Of a DNA stretch of 64,000 nucleotides, positions 1 through 9,859 are shown piece after piece. The stretch spans positions 6,874 through 70,873 of the IMG/VR virus record IMGVR_UViG_3300032118_003132; one strand, 5' to 3'. The translations under genes and the position numbers were made by a program. The stretch comes from a virus. The stretch's first letter is position 1. Each line of letters begins with the position of its first letter. The notes beneath the pieces were generated by a model. It saw only the letters and a program-made list of their open reading frames with translations. It was not told the origin of the DNA and searched no databases.

Positions 1-2
1 AA

Positions 3-455
3 CTCCGAACCACCGAGACCTCTGGCAGAGTAAAAGCTCTGTGCTCCAATAGGAAAATCAAGATAGAGATGGATGGTGGTCTAGGTGCAGCTGTATATGA
101 TATGCTACGAGAGTTCGATGACATAAAGTCCAATCTCTGTCCTATCACTGTATCTGCCAAGACTGCTCACAGAGATAAGTCCGGACAATTAGGTTTTATC
201 AATGTTAGGTCTGCTATGTGGTGGAATATGCGTGAGCTACTGGATCCAGAGAATGGTATTGACGTATGTCTGCCCGATGTAGACGAGCTAATAGGAGATC
301 TAAGTGCTCCAAAGTGGGAGATGCTGAAAGACGCAGTTATAAAACTAGAATCGAAAAAAGAGATCATTGCAAGACTTGGAAGATCTACGGACTATGGAGA
401 TGCTGTCTGCTTAGCATTCTGGGATACATCTCGTGGAGGAGGAGTAGTGTTCTGA
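3..455 (+). CDS. terL: Terminase large subunit, C-terminal nuclease part (5' truncated by window edge)
   Basis: Frame is open from base 3. Motifs NxRSxMWWxMRExL, DLxAPxW and LESKxEIxxRLGRSTDYGDA are typical of the TerL C-terminus. Confidence 0.85.
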   Translation, partial: LRTTETSGRVKALCSNRKIKIEMDGGLGAAVYDMLREFDDIKSNLCPITVSAKTAHRDKSGQLGFINVRSAMWWNMRELLDPENGIDVCLPDVDELIGDLSAPKWEMLKDAVIKLESKKEIIARLGRSTDYGDAVCLAFWDTSRGGGVVF

Positions 456-553
456 ATAAGAATTGGGAGATCATGATACGAATAGTTACCATAGTCATTA
501 TTGTATTAGTGTTACTATTCATATTTGTGACCAGATATTGTATTCCTCTATGA

Positions 554-565
554 CAAGTTTAGTAT
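554..565 (+). promoter_or_regulatory. CAAGTTTAGTAT motif (putative phage promoter), copy 1
   Basis: Recurring 12-mer ending about 20 nt upstream of ATG 585, with GGAG between. Confidence 0.6.
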
Positions 566-584
566 TGCAGGAGAATGAAATATA

Positions 585-806
585 ATGAATACTACACTAA
601 TTATCTTTTACATACTATTAGTCATTTTGTGGTTGACCTTGATACTCATGGCAATACTCAACCAACATCTGTCAAGATGGTTTTGTGACCATTTAGGTTG
701 GCATCTTCCACCAATAAGTCAAGGATTTGATGGAGCCAGTCTCTATGGTACATGTCCCAGATGTAAGGAGAGAATTCTGCAAGATGGTCAAGGGAACTGG
801 TTCTAG
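585..806 (+). CDS. Small membrane-anchored protein with Cys/His motif
   Basis: N-terminal hydrophobic helix, then WFCDHLGWH...CPRC. RBS present. Confidence 0.65.
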   Translation: MNTTLIIFYILLVILWLTLILMAILNQHLSRWFCDHLGWHLPPISQGFDGASLYGTCPRCKERILQDGQGNWF

Positions 807-934
807 TATTCACAAAGAGTATGGAGAGATAATAATACGAGGATTCCTTGCTGGCATCACAATTGGTTCGATAATCACTATTATATGCCAGGCAACATTC
901 TTGTTATTTTTGATATTATCATCTATATAAAAGG

Positions 935-946
935 CAAGTTTAGTAT
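935..946 (+). promoter_or_regulatory. CAAGTTTAGTAT motif, copy 2 (continues as TATAAT)
   Basis: CAAGTTTAGTATAAT upstream of GTG 962. Confidence 0.6.
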
Positions 947-961
947 AATAAGAGAGTTATC

Positions 962-1192
962 GTGAACAATAGTACATATGGCAGCAATGTATGTCACAGA
1001 CTTTGTCCCAGATGTCTTAATCGTATTGATGAGCATCCAGCTTTGAGTCGTAGAGATAATGAGAGCGAGATATGTTCTCATTGTGGACGAGAGGAGGCTG
1101 TGGTAGATATGTTTAACTCTATACATGAAGAGATTCCACCAGACCAAAAGATAAAAGAAGAGCGGATGTATAAGTATCTAACACAAGTGTAA
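962..1192 (+). CDS. Small Zn-finger phage protein
   Basis: CPRC...PALSRRDN..ICSHCG..EA pattern, common in small phage ORFs. Confidence 0.65.
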   Translation: MNNSTYGSNVCHRLCPRCLNRIDEHPALSRRDNESEICSHCGREEAVVDMFNSIHEEIPPDQKIKEERMYKYLTQV

Positions 1193-1194
1193 CT

Positions 1195-1623
1195 ATGAAT
1201 ATTACAGCATTCAATGGAGAGTACAGGTTCTTATCTAACTTTTATCCTTGCAAGATAAGAGTAAGAGGATTAATATATCCTTCTGCCGAGCACGCATATC
1301 AGGCATGCAAGACTTTGGATATGACTGAGCGTGAGAAGATACGTAAAGCAAGATCGGCTGGATCGGCTAAGAGACTTGGCAAGACTTTGACTATACGTCT
1401 AGACTGGGAAGATATCAAGATAGAGGTTATGAGAGCTATCTTAAAACAGAAATTCAATAGTCATCCTACGTTGAGAAAGTTATTATTAGATACTGATAAT
1501 AGTAATATAATAGAAGTCAATGTCTGGAATGACACTTTCTGGGGAGAATGTAATGGTATAGGAGAAAATCATCTGGGAAAGCTATTGATGGAAGTGAGAG
1601 AATACGTGAGAACACAAGTTTAG
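1195..1623 (+). CDS. NADAR (YbiA-like) family hydrolase
   Basis: FLSNFY, YPSAEHAYQA, AKRLG, KF..H..LR..LL.T, D.FWG and G.NHLGKLLM motifs. Confidence 0.9.
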   Translation: MNITAFNGEYRFLSNFYPCKIRVRGLIYPSAEHAYQACKTLDMTEREKIRKARSAGSAKRLGKTLTIRLDWEDIKIEVMRAILKQKFNSHPTLRKLLLDTDNSNIIEVNVWNDTFWGECNGIGENHLGKLLMEVREYVRTQV

Positions 1624-1626
1624 TAT
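1615..1626 (+). promoter_or_regulatory. CAAGTTTAGTAT motif, copy 3 (overlaps NADAR stop)
   Basis: Exact 12-mer. It reads as Q-V-stop in the upstream gene. Confidence 0.6.
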
Positions 1627-1643
1627 TGTAAAGGCAAATTATC

Positions 1644-4037
1644 ATGAAAATTATTCTGTTGATTCTATCGATTTGTTTCCTTACATATCTATGGATTATA
1701 TCTACCGAGATTTATCAATATATTACTTGGATCTATACTGGTATGATAGGGAGTGCAATGTTTTATATTCACTCTAAATGGGTGAATGATTTTATAGATA
1801 GTTTACAGAGAGATTCACCATCTTGGTATTATGTGGAGAATGATATATGGTATTTCTAGATAAATATGAAACTATGATACAAGAACTGCGTAAGATAAAT
1901 ACTGAGTTGTTTGGAGAATCTTCCAAACCATCCTTTGCAGATAAAACCTTTACAATCATCTCATTAATTGCTTATACGATAGTCTGGTGGATACTGATGA
2001 TACCTATTGCAATTGTGGGAGGTATCTTTAAAGCTATTAGAGATTTAATAGATAAAATGATTGAGGTGTAATACGAGTATTAGACATTTGATGTCATTGT
2101 ATGAGTACCTTGCATATATGTTTGTCATACAAGTGGCAGACTTGTCTAATGATATAACTTATAATAAGGTCATTACTACTGATGACTTAACCGAGTTGTT
2201 GACGGACTTGAATACCAGTAAGCATATTTTACAGGGTACTGGTTATGCAGTTATATCTAATACACTTATACTCAATACGGACTCTAAAATATGAATGATA
2301 TAACTCACCAAATGTATGCAACAATACAGACTCCTACTAAGGAGGCTATGGAAAAGTGTCTCCGGGAAGTATATCATTTTGTAGTTACAGATGAGAATCA
2401 CGCAATAGAGACCACATTTGGCAATTGGGAAGGATGTTGGGAAGAGCACGATGGTCAGTTCTATGCTATGCTATTCAAAAGGGTGCAAGTTTAATATATT
2501 AGAAGGCTAAAATGAACCTAATGATATTTGTGTTAATTTTAATTATACTTATATTATTGATTACTATAGGTTTATTGAGATTTCGACAGCGAGAACTTAT
2601 TAATGAAATCCAAGTTCTAAAACAATGTCGTAGTGAATTGGAAAAAGATAATTGGGAAGAAATAAGTATATTCTTGACTGATAATAGAGAGGTCGGGAAA
2701 TGAAAGCCAAAGAGTATGCTCAGAGAATTACTCATAGTATACAGTTGCCTGGTACAGAATTCGATAAAGTAATATACTCTGTAATTCAGGATTTATTTGG
2801 AGAGATAGTTACTCTTGTTAAAATAAGACATTGTGGGTGTGACTCTGCCTATACTGCTGTATTCGATGAGATAGATAATAAATGGATAACTATCTGTCGA
2901 ATAGTAAATGAGCAATGCAATAATACTATTATTAGACCTATTGGCTTCCGAGAACTTGCATTTCACATAGCAGATAAAGCAGGTATGTGGCAGATGAGAA
3001 TGGCATGGAAACCCAAAAGGATATCTGTATGAGTACAACAATACCTATTATGTCTAATCCACTCCCTAAACATATCATACCACATCTAAGAATATATAAA
3101 CGTAGACATAAGGATGGTGGTTCTTTATATCTTGTTCTGATACAAGGTAGTATTGCATATAGCACCATAAGAGTTTGTATAAATTATGCAAAGAGCATTA
3201 AGGATTGGGATGCTGTAATGATTGGAAATCTTATGATGAGATTAAGTCATGAACAGAAGAGACAGGTTCTATTGAAACTTGGAGAATAAAATGCCAACAT
3301 TACCTTTAAGTTCAGAGGATATTGAGAAAGATAATATTGAGCATGTCAAACAGGCATATGCCGAACATCAGAGAGTACAGAACCTCCCTGCGGTGGAAGT
3401 AAAAATTATAGAAGATAATGTGAAATACACTATCACTATACAGATAGATGGAAATAAATTGATACTTAAACCTAATCAGGCTCTAGATTTATCTATAAAA
3501 TTACGACAAGCATGGAATAATTTGCGTGAGCATAATAAAAAGCAATTTAAGAAATATCATGGTAGAGCAAAAGGAGATAATAATGAAAAGGATAGAGATA
3601 ACAGTCAATGATAATACGAAACAGACTGATATAGATTATCTTGCAAATAAGATAACTGAACTGTTAGATGATCAGGGTATAACTGGAGTTATCTTAGTAC
3701 ATGTTGCAGAAGATAAAAAACTAAATGCACCCATCTATGGTAATGTCGCCAAATTTCCTCATGTTCCTCCTCCACCTTCCATTCTACCAGAAGGGAAATT
3801 CTAATGGAAAAGTATAATGTCACGATAATTCTCTACACGAGAGAAGGGGAAGTCATTGCCAAGTCTCAGGAGATGGATGAGGATAGACTAAAAGAACTGC
3901 GTGATAGTTTGGGTTATAAGTTGGTTAGTCCTAGTTATTATCTGGATCTGGATACTAACTCTGGCTTTATATTAGTTCCCCATGATATATTAATAAATTC
4001 AGTTATTGATGTTAAAGTAGAGAAAATTATATCATGA
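1644..4037 (+). other. Cluster of about 10 small hypothetical ORFs (1644-1859, 1847-2071, 2061-2294, 2291-2494, 2512-2703, 2700-3032, ~3029-3289, ~3291-3611, ~3583-3804, 3804-4037), several membrane-like
   Basis: Tightly packed, overlapping start/stop codons. No family recognised. Confidence 0.6.
2486..2497 (+). promoter_or_regulatory. CAAGTTTAATAT motif variant, copy 4
   Basis: One mismatch to the consensus. Overlaps the QV-stop of 2291-2494, upstream of ATG 2512. Confidence 0.5.
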
Positions 4038-4432
4038 CCTGGATAGAATCCCGTAAGACCGTCTGTGTGGACTTTGACGGTGTATTAAATGACTATCGAG
4101 GGTATGTTGAAGGGCATACATATCCACTAAATCAGACTGGAATTGAATTCCTTAGACAATTGAAAGAGATAGGTTTCAGAGTTGTTGTCTTATCTAGTGC
4201 CAGACTTGCGGATATAGAGAGAGCATTGCATGACGCATACTTAGATGATGTTGTAGATCAGATAACGAATGTCAAGGTGCCAGCAATAGCATATATTGAT
4301 GATAGAGCCATAACTTTCAGAGGAGATTTCCAAGAAACATTAAGAGAGTTGATGAATTTCAAGGCGTGGTGGGAGGACGAAAATCATGTAGAAACTCACG
4401 GATTCTCAGATAAATCATCTAAAAAGGAGTAA
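4034..4432 (+). CDS. HAD-superfamily phosphatase (possible 5'-nucleotidase)
   Basis: Motif I DFDGV, motif IV YIDDRA. Confidence 0.8.
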   Translation: MTWIESRKTVCVDFDGVLNDYRGYVEGHTYPLNQTGIEFLRQLKEIGFRVVVLSSARLADIERALHDAYLDDVVDQITNVKVPAIAYIDDRAITFRGDFQETLRELMNFKAWWEDENHVETHGFSDKSSKKE

Positions 4433-4435
4433 AAT

Positions 4436-5557
4436 ATGCCATTTCTTAACAGTTATGACTTTCAGACTGCATTTATTACATTGCTAGGAGAGTTGGTAGA
4501 GAATGGTCAGGACGTGGAGGTAAGAGGCAAGAAGACTAAAGAATTGCTCTCTTGCCATATCTCCATTGCTAATCCTCTACAACTCTGTTACTTTGTACCA
4601 TTCCGCAAGGATAATATCTTCGCACGCATAGCAGAGACATTGTGGGTTTTGCAAGGGAGGAATGATATAGAGTGGTTGAGTTATTATTTACCGAGGGCTA
4701 AAGATTATTCTGATGATGGCAATACCTGGAGGGCAGGATATGGTAAACGTCTGCGCAGGTGGCAATTAGATTCTGGTGATCCCATATTCGGTGGTAGTAT
4801 ATTAGATGAATACGACCAACTATCAGTGGCAATCAAAAAGTTGCAGATAAATCCATATACTCGTCAGGCAGTCATGTCCATATGGAGACCAGATGAGGAT
4901 AATAAATCTTCTCTAGATATCCCATGTAACAATTGGCTGCATTTCATCCTGCGAGACTTTGGTATTACCAGGTTTGCATTCTTGTTGGTGGCACAGCGGT
5001 CAGCCGATATCTTTTGGGGTTGGAGCAACATCAATGCCTTTGAGTGGTCTATACTTTTGCAGATGATGGCTTTCTGGACAAACTCTGAGGTTGGAAAAAT
5101 AGATTGGCTCGTGACCTCTATGCATATGTACGAGCACCATTATGAGACTGCTAATAAGATTCTGGAGACATATCCTAAAACATACAGTAGTTCTGATATA
5201 AACTTTGTGCCTCCAAAGTTCTCTACTGAGTTTGATTTACTAACCAGTAAACTGCAAAAATTGATGCAGGTCGAGACTATATTTAGGAATTCAGTTCCTG
5301 ATGATGTGCCGACTCATGAGTGGACAGGAGATGATTTGCTAGATACCTTCCTGCATATGCTCTTGATTTACATCAAGTTGCAGCAGAATTCCAGTACCTG
5401 GCTATTATCACATTTGCTTGGAGAGATGGATGAGTCTGAATATAAATATGCAGCGATGTTACATGTAGCAAGACAGAGAAAAGACCTGTTTACATGTATT
5501 CCAGAGAGTAATAAATACATTGATTTGGTAAAGTCTGTTATTTTGTCTGAGAATTAA
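4436..5557 (+). CDS. Thymidylate-synthase-family protein, probable dUMP hydroxymethylase
   Basis: YGxRLR, TRQAV, DIPCN catalytic Cys, QRSADIFWGWSNINAFEW with the dUMP-specifying Asn, SMHMY. Long C-terminal extension. 5hmdU-modifying genes occur elsewhere in the window. Confidence 0.8.
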   Translation: MPFLNSYDFQTAFITLLGELVENGQDVEVRGKKTKELLSCHISIANPLQLCYFVPFRKDNIFARIAETLWVLQGRNDIEWLSYYLPRAKDYSDDGNTWRAGYGKRLRRWQLDSGDPIFGGSILDEYDQLSVAIKKLQINPYTRQAVMSIWRPDEDNKSSLDIPCNNWLHFILRDFGITRFAFLLVAQRSADIFWGWSNINAFEWSILLQMMAFWTNSEVGKIDWLVTSMHMYEHHYETANKILETYPKTYSSSDINFVPPKFSTEFDLLTSKLQKLMQVETIFRNSVPDDVPTHEWTGDDLLDTFLHMLLIYIKLQQNSSTWLLSHLLGEMDESEYKYAAMLHVARQRKDLFTCIPESNKYIDLVKSVILSEN

Positions 5558-5588
5558 AGATATTTGTTATCCCATCTACATTGTACAC

Positions 5589-5760
5589 TTACACAATCGA
5601 CCGCTGTGTAATTGGTAACTCGATAAGTATATATTATAGTTAAGTACTTAAGTACCTTACCATTCAACCATTCAGTGGTTGAGTACTTCACCACTCGAGT
5701 GCTCGAGAACTCGAGTCCTTGAGTTGTTAAGTAATAATGTATTAATGTATAAAGAGAAAC
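5589..5760. repeat. Non-coding palindrome/inverted-repeat cluster followed by an AT-rich tract
   Basis: TTACACA..TGTGTAA; TTAAGTACTTAA (5640-5651); TCAACCA..TGGTTGA; CTCGAG x3 (5694, 5702, 5710). Confidence 0.6.
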
Positions 5761-5787
5761 AGACATTCGCTCTGGGACATAAGACTT

Positions 5788-7770
5788 ATGAGTTTATTCA
5801 ATAGAATCAATAGAGGGATTAGGATAGGTTTAAGAGCATTCCAGAATGTTCCAGATATGGATTTAGTTGCTAAACAATTAGATATCGCTATTGCCTCGGG
5901 TGCTCTTCCAGTTATAGAGGAGAAAGAGAAACCTATCTCCCAACTCGATATTAGAAGTACTGATAGAGATATGACGTTGAGTATGGCTTATGGCTCTCTT
6001 AGGGCATTCTTTTCTCATCATCCTATAGGTATCACACCTTACGGTACACCAGGGAGAGATACATATCTTTCTGAGTTTTGGAGATCTGAGCCAATATTGG
6101 CTGGTGCGGTCTATTCCATGTCTGCTAAAATGTCATCTCTTAGTTGGATTATGAGTGGTCCTAGATTAAAGGCTCTGAAGGCTGCTAGGTTGCTTGCCAG
6201 AGCTGCTCATATGGGAGGTCAGGATTGGGGTGGTTTCCTGTCTCCTTCAGCACAGGATTGGTATGCAACTAATAACGGAATATTCTGGGAGACTGCTAGA
6301 GATAATATTGGTCTTGGAAATCTCAATAATCTGGCTGGTCCTCTGGCAGATATAGGACATATTGACTCTTTATGTTGTACCCTGACTGGTAATACTGATC
6401 TGCCAATGCTATATGTCTCAGAGATATCTGGACAGACTCTTAGGTTCAGAGAGGGTGAGTATATCCATTTTGCATCTCTTCCTAGTGCACGTGAGCAATA
6501 TCTTGGCATAGGTTTCTGTGCTGTTGACAGAGCATATAGAGCTGCTAAATTGATAATGGGTCTTCATGATTACGATGCAGAAAAATTAGCCAATCTTCCT
6601 CCTGAGGGTATAGCAACAGTCACTGGTCTGACCATGGATGAGTTTATGGATGCTCTTAGACTTTGGAAATTGCAAAGAGAGAAGGATAATTCCCTCACGT
6701 TTCCTCAGATATTGTGGCTCATTGGTTCACAACCAAACACAGAAGTCAAGGTTGCGATTGAAGGATTTTCTCAAATTCCTGAGAGCTTTGACAGAGACAG
6801 TGTTATGAGCCATTATATTTCCACTCTTGCTTTGGACTTTGGTGTAGATGCTAGAGAGTTTTGGCCAATAAGCTCGGGTGCTTTGGGAACAGCATCTGAA
6901 TCCGAGATTCAGCACCTTAAGGCTAAAGGCAAAGGTCCAGGAGAGTTTATATCTACTTCTGAGAGAATGATTAATGGGGAACTGCCAGAGGGTGTGGACT
7001 TTGCATATGATACTCAGGATATCGAGGAAGACCAGAATGCTGCCACAGTTGCAAAAGCCTGGGTAGATGTATATTATCCTCTGTATCAAGGCACTCCTGC
7101 CGGCAAGACTGGTCAAGGTGTCTCACAACCTGAGCAGAAAGAAACTCCTGCAAGAACTGCCGAGACGGATTTCCAAAAACCTCCTAAGAATGGTATGATA
7201 GGAGACCAACAACCTAAGAATCCTCAGGAGAAACCTGGTGGGTTCCCCACAGGAATGCCTGGTAACTTTGGTGCTCCTCAAGTAGAGCAACTTATTACCA
7301 AAGACCAAATGATTCGACTTTTAGTAGATAAACGAGTATTGCCAGAATACATGATTAATGATGAGCGAATTAGTGTGTATGATTATGAGGTTCATCTTAC
7401 TAAGGAGAATAAGGAAGATGATGCTAAGTTTGTGTGGAGTAAGGGAGTTCTGAAAGAGGTGCGACTCTCTCCCATTGTTATATATTCCAAGCCGACCGAC
7501 CAGTCAATACCCGAGGTAGAGCCAGCTTTGGAAATTCAGACTTCTGAGGATAAAGTCTTAGAGTATCTCAAACAGAAGGAAAATGAGATCTTTGAGTCTA
7601 AACGTGATATAACTGGCAAACCTATTCCTGAAGGGGAAGTAGTTAGGGGAGCCTCTGTGACCAAAGTTACTATCCGTGATGAGATTAATCGATGGCGTGC
7701 ACATCCCGTACTTTCTCTATATGTTCCCACAACCGAGGAACTAGAAAAGCTATTGGGAGGTGCCAAATGA
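5788..7770 (+). CDS. Portal protein (with low-complexity C-terminal extension)
   Basis: 660 aa, first large gene of the head module. Portal-like pattern G..AV.RA..., LA..FGVD.RE.W, GTASE.E. Confidence 0.7.
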   Translation: MSLFNRINRGIRIGLRAFQNVPDMDLVAKQLDIAIASGALPVIEEKEKPISQLDIRSTDRDMTLSMAYGSLRAFFSHHPIGITPYGTPGRDTYLSEFWRSEPILAGAVYSMSAKMSSLSWIMSGPRLKALKAARLLARAAHMGGQDWGGFLSPSAQDWYATNNGIFWETARDNIGLGNLNNLAGPLADIGHIDSLCCTLTGNTDLPMLYVSEISGQTLRFREGEYIHFASLPSAREQYLGIGFCAVDRAYRAAKLIMGLHDYDAEKLANLPPEGIATVTGLTMDEFMDALRLWKLQREKDNSLTFPQILWLIGSQPNTEVKVAIEGFSQIPESFDRDSVMSHYISTLALDFGVDAREFWPISSGALGTASESEIQHLKAKGKGPGEFISTSERMINGELPEGVDFAYDTQDIEEDQNAATVAKAWVDVYYPLYQGTPAGKTGQGVSQPEQKETPARTAETDFQKPPKNGMIGDQQPKNPQEKPGGFPTGMPGNFGAPQVEQLITKDQMIRLLVDKRVLPEYMINDERISVYDYEVHLTKENKEDDAKFVWSKGVLKEVRLSPIVIYSKPTDQSIPEVEPALEIQTSEDKVLEYLKQKENEIFESKRDITGKPIPEGEVVRGASVTKVTIRDEINRWRAHPVLSLYVPTTEELEKLLGGAK

Positions 7771-8360
7771 CTTGTGGTGTATATCAAATACAAAATGTTA
7801 TTAATTATCATAGATATATAGGTTCTTCTATAAATATAGAAGGTCGAATTAGTGGTCATTCCAGAGGGTTGGAAAGAAATTGTCACAGCAATATGCATTT
7901 ACAGAGAGCTTTCAATAAATATGGAGAAGATAGTTTTGAATATGATATATTGATGATTTGTGATTTGAACATGTTGAGTTGGTATGAGCAAAGATGTTTA
8001 GATAAGTTTAAACCTGAATATAATATTGCTACAGACACTATTTCTCCAATGAGAGGAAAGAAATTTTCAGAAAAATATAGAAATAAAATATCTAAATCAT
8101 TAATTGGCAATAAGAATATGCTAGGACATAGACATACTGAAGAGTCTAGGAAAAAGATGTCTGAAGTTCAGAAAGGTCATCCACCGAGTAATAATAAGGG
8201 GGGTTTTACAGGGCATAAGCATAATGATGAAACTAAGAAAAAATTATCATTAATGAAAATAGGACATATACATAGTGATGAAACTAAGAAGAAAATATCT
8301 GAAGCCAGGAAACACTATTGGATAAAAAGAAATAATGGAAAACTATTAGGAGGTAAGTAA
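7767..8360 (+). CDS. Free-standing GIY-YIG homing endonuclease with NUMOD3 repeats
   Basis: GVYQI..YIGSS..R...H, HTEESRKKMS and HSDETKKKIS repeats. ATGA overlap with the portal stop. Confidence 0.9.
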   Translation: MTCGVYQIQNVINYHRYIGSSINIEGRISGHSRGLERNCHSNMHLQRAFNKYGEDSFEYDILMICDLNMLSWYEQRCLDKFKPEYNIATDTISPMRGKKFSEKYRNKISKSLIGNKNMLGHRHTEESRKKMSEVQKGHPPSNNKGGFTGHKHNDETKKKLSLMKIGHIHSDETKKKISEARKHYWIKRNNGKLLGGK

Positions 8361-8361
8361 T

Positions 8362-8817
8362 ATGCCATCAGCAGCGGAGATTTATCTAGAAAGAATATGG
8401 AAAAAATTAGGGGGTATCGGAGGTATGAGTTCATTATCCGTTGAAGATATATTGACTGAAACATTGGTCATAACTACAACAGGTGGTGCAGGTGTGGCAA
8501 CTGGAAATAGAATAATGACTTTGACACCTGTTGGTTTCTTATTGGATGTGCGTTTGAATTATCATGCAAGTTGTCCTGCCACAGCAGATGTGACAATTTC
8601 AGATCCGATTTTTGGAAATATTATGGTTAAGAGTAATAATGCAACAAGTATATGGCTTGCTCCTCGTATTGCTACAGTAGACGTTGCAGCTGCTGTAACA
8701 GGTTTATATGATTTAATTCCGTTGAATGCACCATTGACAGTCAGTATTGTTCAGGCAAATGCATTGGCATCATGTTTAGTGGTAATAATTCGTTGGATAT
8801 CTGTAAAGGAGAATTAA
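8362..8817 (+). CDS. Probable virion protein (beta-rich)
   Basis: Strong RBS, Thr/Ala/Val-rich, located in the head module. Confidence 0.55.
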   Translation: MPSAAEIYLERIWKKLGGIGGMSSLSVEDILTETLVITTTGGAGVATGNRIMTLTPVGFLLDVRLNYHASCPATADVTISDPIFGNIMVKSNNATSIWLAPRIATVDVAAAVTGLYDLIPLNAPLTVSIVQANALASCLVVIIRWISVKEN

Positions 8818-8821
8818 TATT

Positions 8822-8971
8822 ATGCATAACTGTCATAAGAAAGACGCAGCTGGTGCAGCCACGGGATTATATGACTTATTCCCTCTGAATGGCTCGATAA
8901 CCATGACGGTCACATTGAGCAATGCTTTGACTGCCGCATTGGTCTGCACGCTCAGATATTTGCAGTTATAG
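8822..8971 (+). pseudogene. 49-codon diverged duplicate of the C-terminus of 8362-8817
   Basis: DAAGAATGLYDLFPLNGSITMTVTLSNALTAALV versus DVAAAVTGLYDLIPLNAPLTVSIVQANALASCLV. Confidence 0.65.
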
Positions 8972-8973
8972 CC

Positions 8974-9618
8974 ATGTTACCGATATTGTTGCACAATAGA
9001 GGAATACCCTGGTATTTGCGGGGCGGTATACCAAAAGCGAATTGTTTGGCTGCATATCAACCCAAAAGTGCTGCAAGTTACGCAGTGAGTAAGGTCAATC
9101 TTGTCCTTCCAGGTACTTATGACTTAGTAGATGGGGTAGCATTTCCTACGTGGGATATAACCAATGGTTGGATTTTTCCTTCTCCAAGCATACAGGCAAT
9201 TCTAACCTCAACTGTAACCCTATCCAATGCGACTACGGTTCTGTGTCGCTTTGTGGGTGGTAATCCTACAATAGTCAATGGACGCCTGTTCAATAATAGT
9301 GCTGATTCCTTCCTTGTCATATTGGATACCGGAGCAACACATCAATATAAAAATGGTACCGTGGGTTTAAATGTGGGGGCTGGATTAACGGGATCGCACA
9401 TAATTGGGATTGCGGGTGCATCTGCAATATTGGATGGGGCGGTTGATGGCACGATTACAACCGCAGACATTGGAACAACTACAACTCTTGTAGTTGGCAA
9501 TCGTTCATCTGATACTGCACGGCAAGTTTATGCCAATATTCAGGCGCTTGTAGTTTATAGTGTAACCTTAACACTTCCTCAGATTGTGGCAGTCACCAAT
9601 GCCATGAATTTATTATGA
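8974..9618 (+). CDS. Probable virion protein with ConA/LamG-like beta-sandwich
   Basis: LVVGNR...ANIQALVVYSVTLTLPQI is a LamG-type C-terminal pattern. Confidence 0.55.
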   Translation: MLPILLHNRGIPWYLRGGIPKANCLAAYQPKSAASYAVSKVNLVLPGTYDLVDGVAFPTWDITNGWIFPSPSIQAILTSTVTLSNATTVLCRFVGGNPTIVNGRLFNNSADSFLVILDTGATHQYKNGTVGLNVGAGLTGSHIIGIAGASAILDGAVDGTITTADIGTTTTLVVGNRSSDTARQVYANIQALVVYSVTLTLPQIVAVTNAMNLL

Positions 9619-9715
9619 CACCGCGAAATAAAATTACATTAAAAGCATATTTTAATGGCATTTTTATAAATTCTATTAGGAGATTGACTATATTGTGGGA
9701 TCAACGAGTGTAGAG

Positions 9716-9847
9716 ATGCTATTGCATCTGATAAGAACAATCGGAAGTGCATTCTTGGAATTGAGAGGATTTCTTCTTAAATTAGAATCCTCGGATTATT
9801 TGCTATTGGAATCTAGCGACAAACTGATATTTAATGCCAGAGATTAA
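9716..9847 (+). CDS. 43-aa ORF with LxLESSD repeat (fibre-associated micro-protein)
   Basis: MLLHLIRTIGSAFLELRGFLLKLESSDYLLLESSDKLIFNARD. Ends at the RBS of 9860. Confidence 0.45.
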   Translation: MLLHLIRTIGSAFLELRGFLLKLESSDYLLLESSDKLIFNARD

Positions 9848-9859
9848 GGAGTTTGTATT

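Noticed and set aside
554-2497. CAAGTTTAG motif as an integron attC core between small cassette-like ORFs
   Set aside because: Does not fit GTTRRRY, has no inverse core or long imperfect palindrome, no integrase is present, and it also precedes core replication genes.
8680-8971. Duplicated segment as a DGR template/variable repeat pair
   Set aside because: Differences are not restricted to adenines, identity is low, and no reverse transcriptase is in the window.
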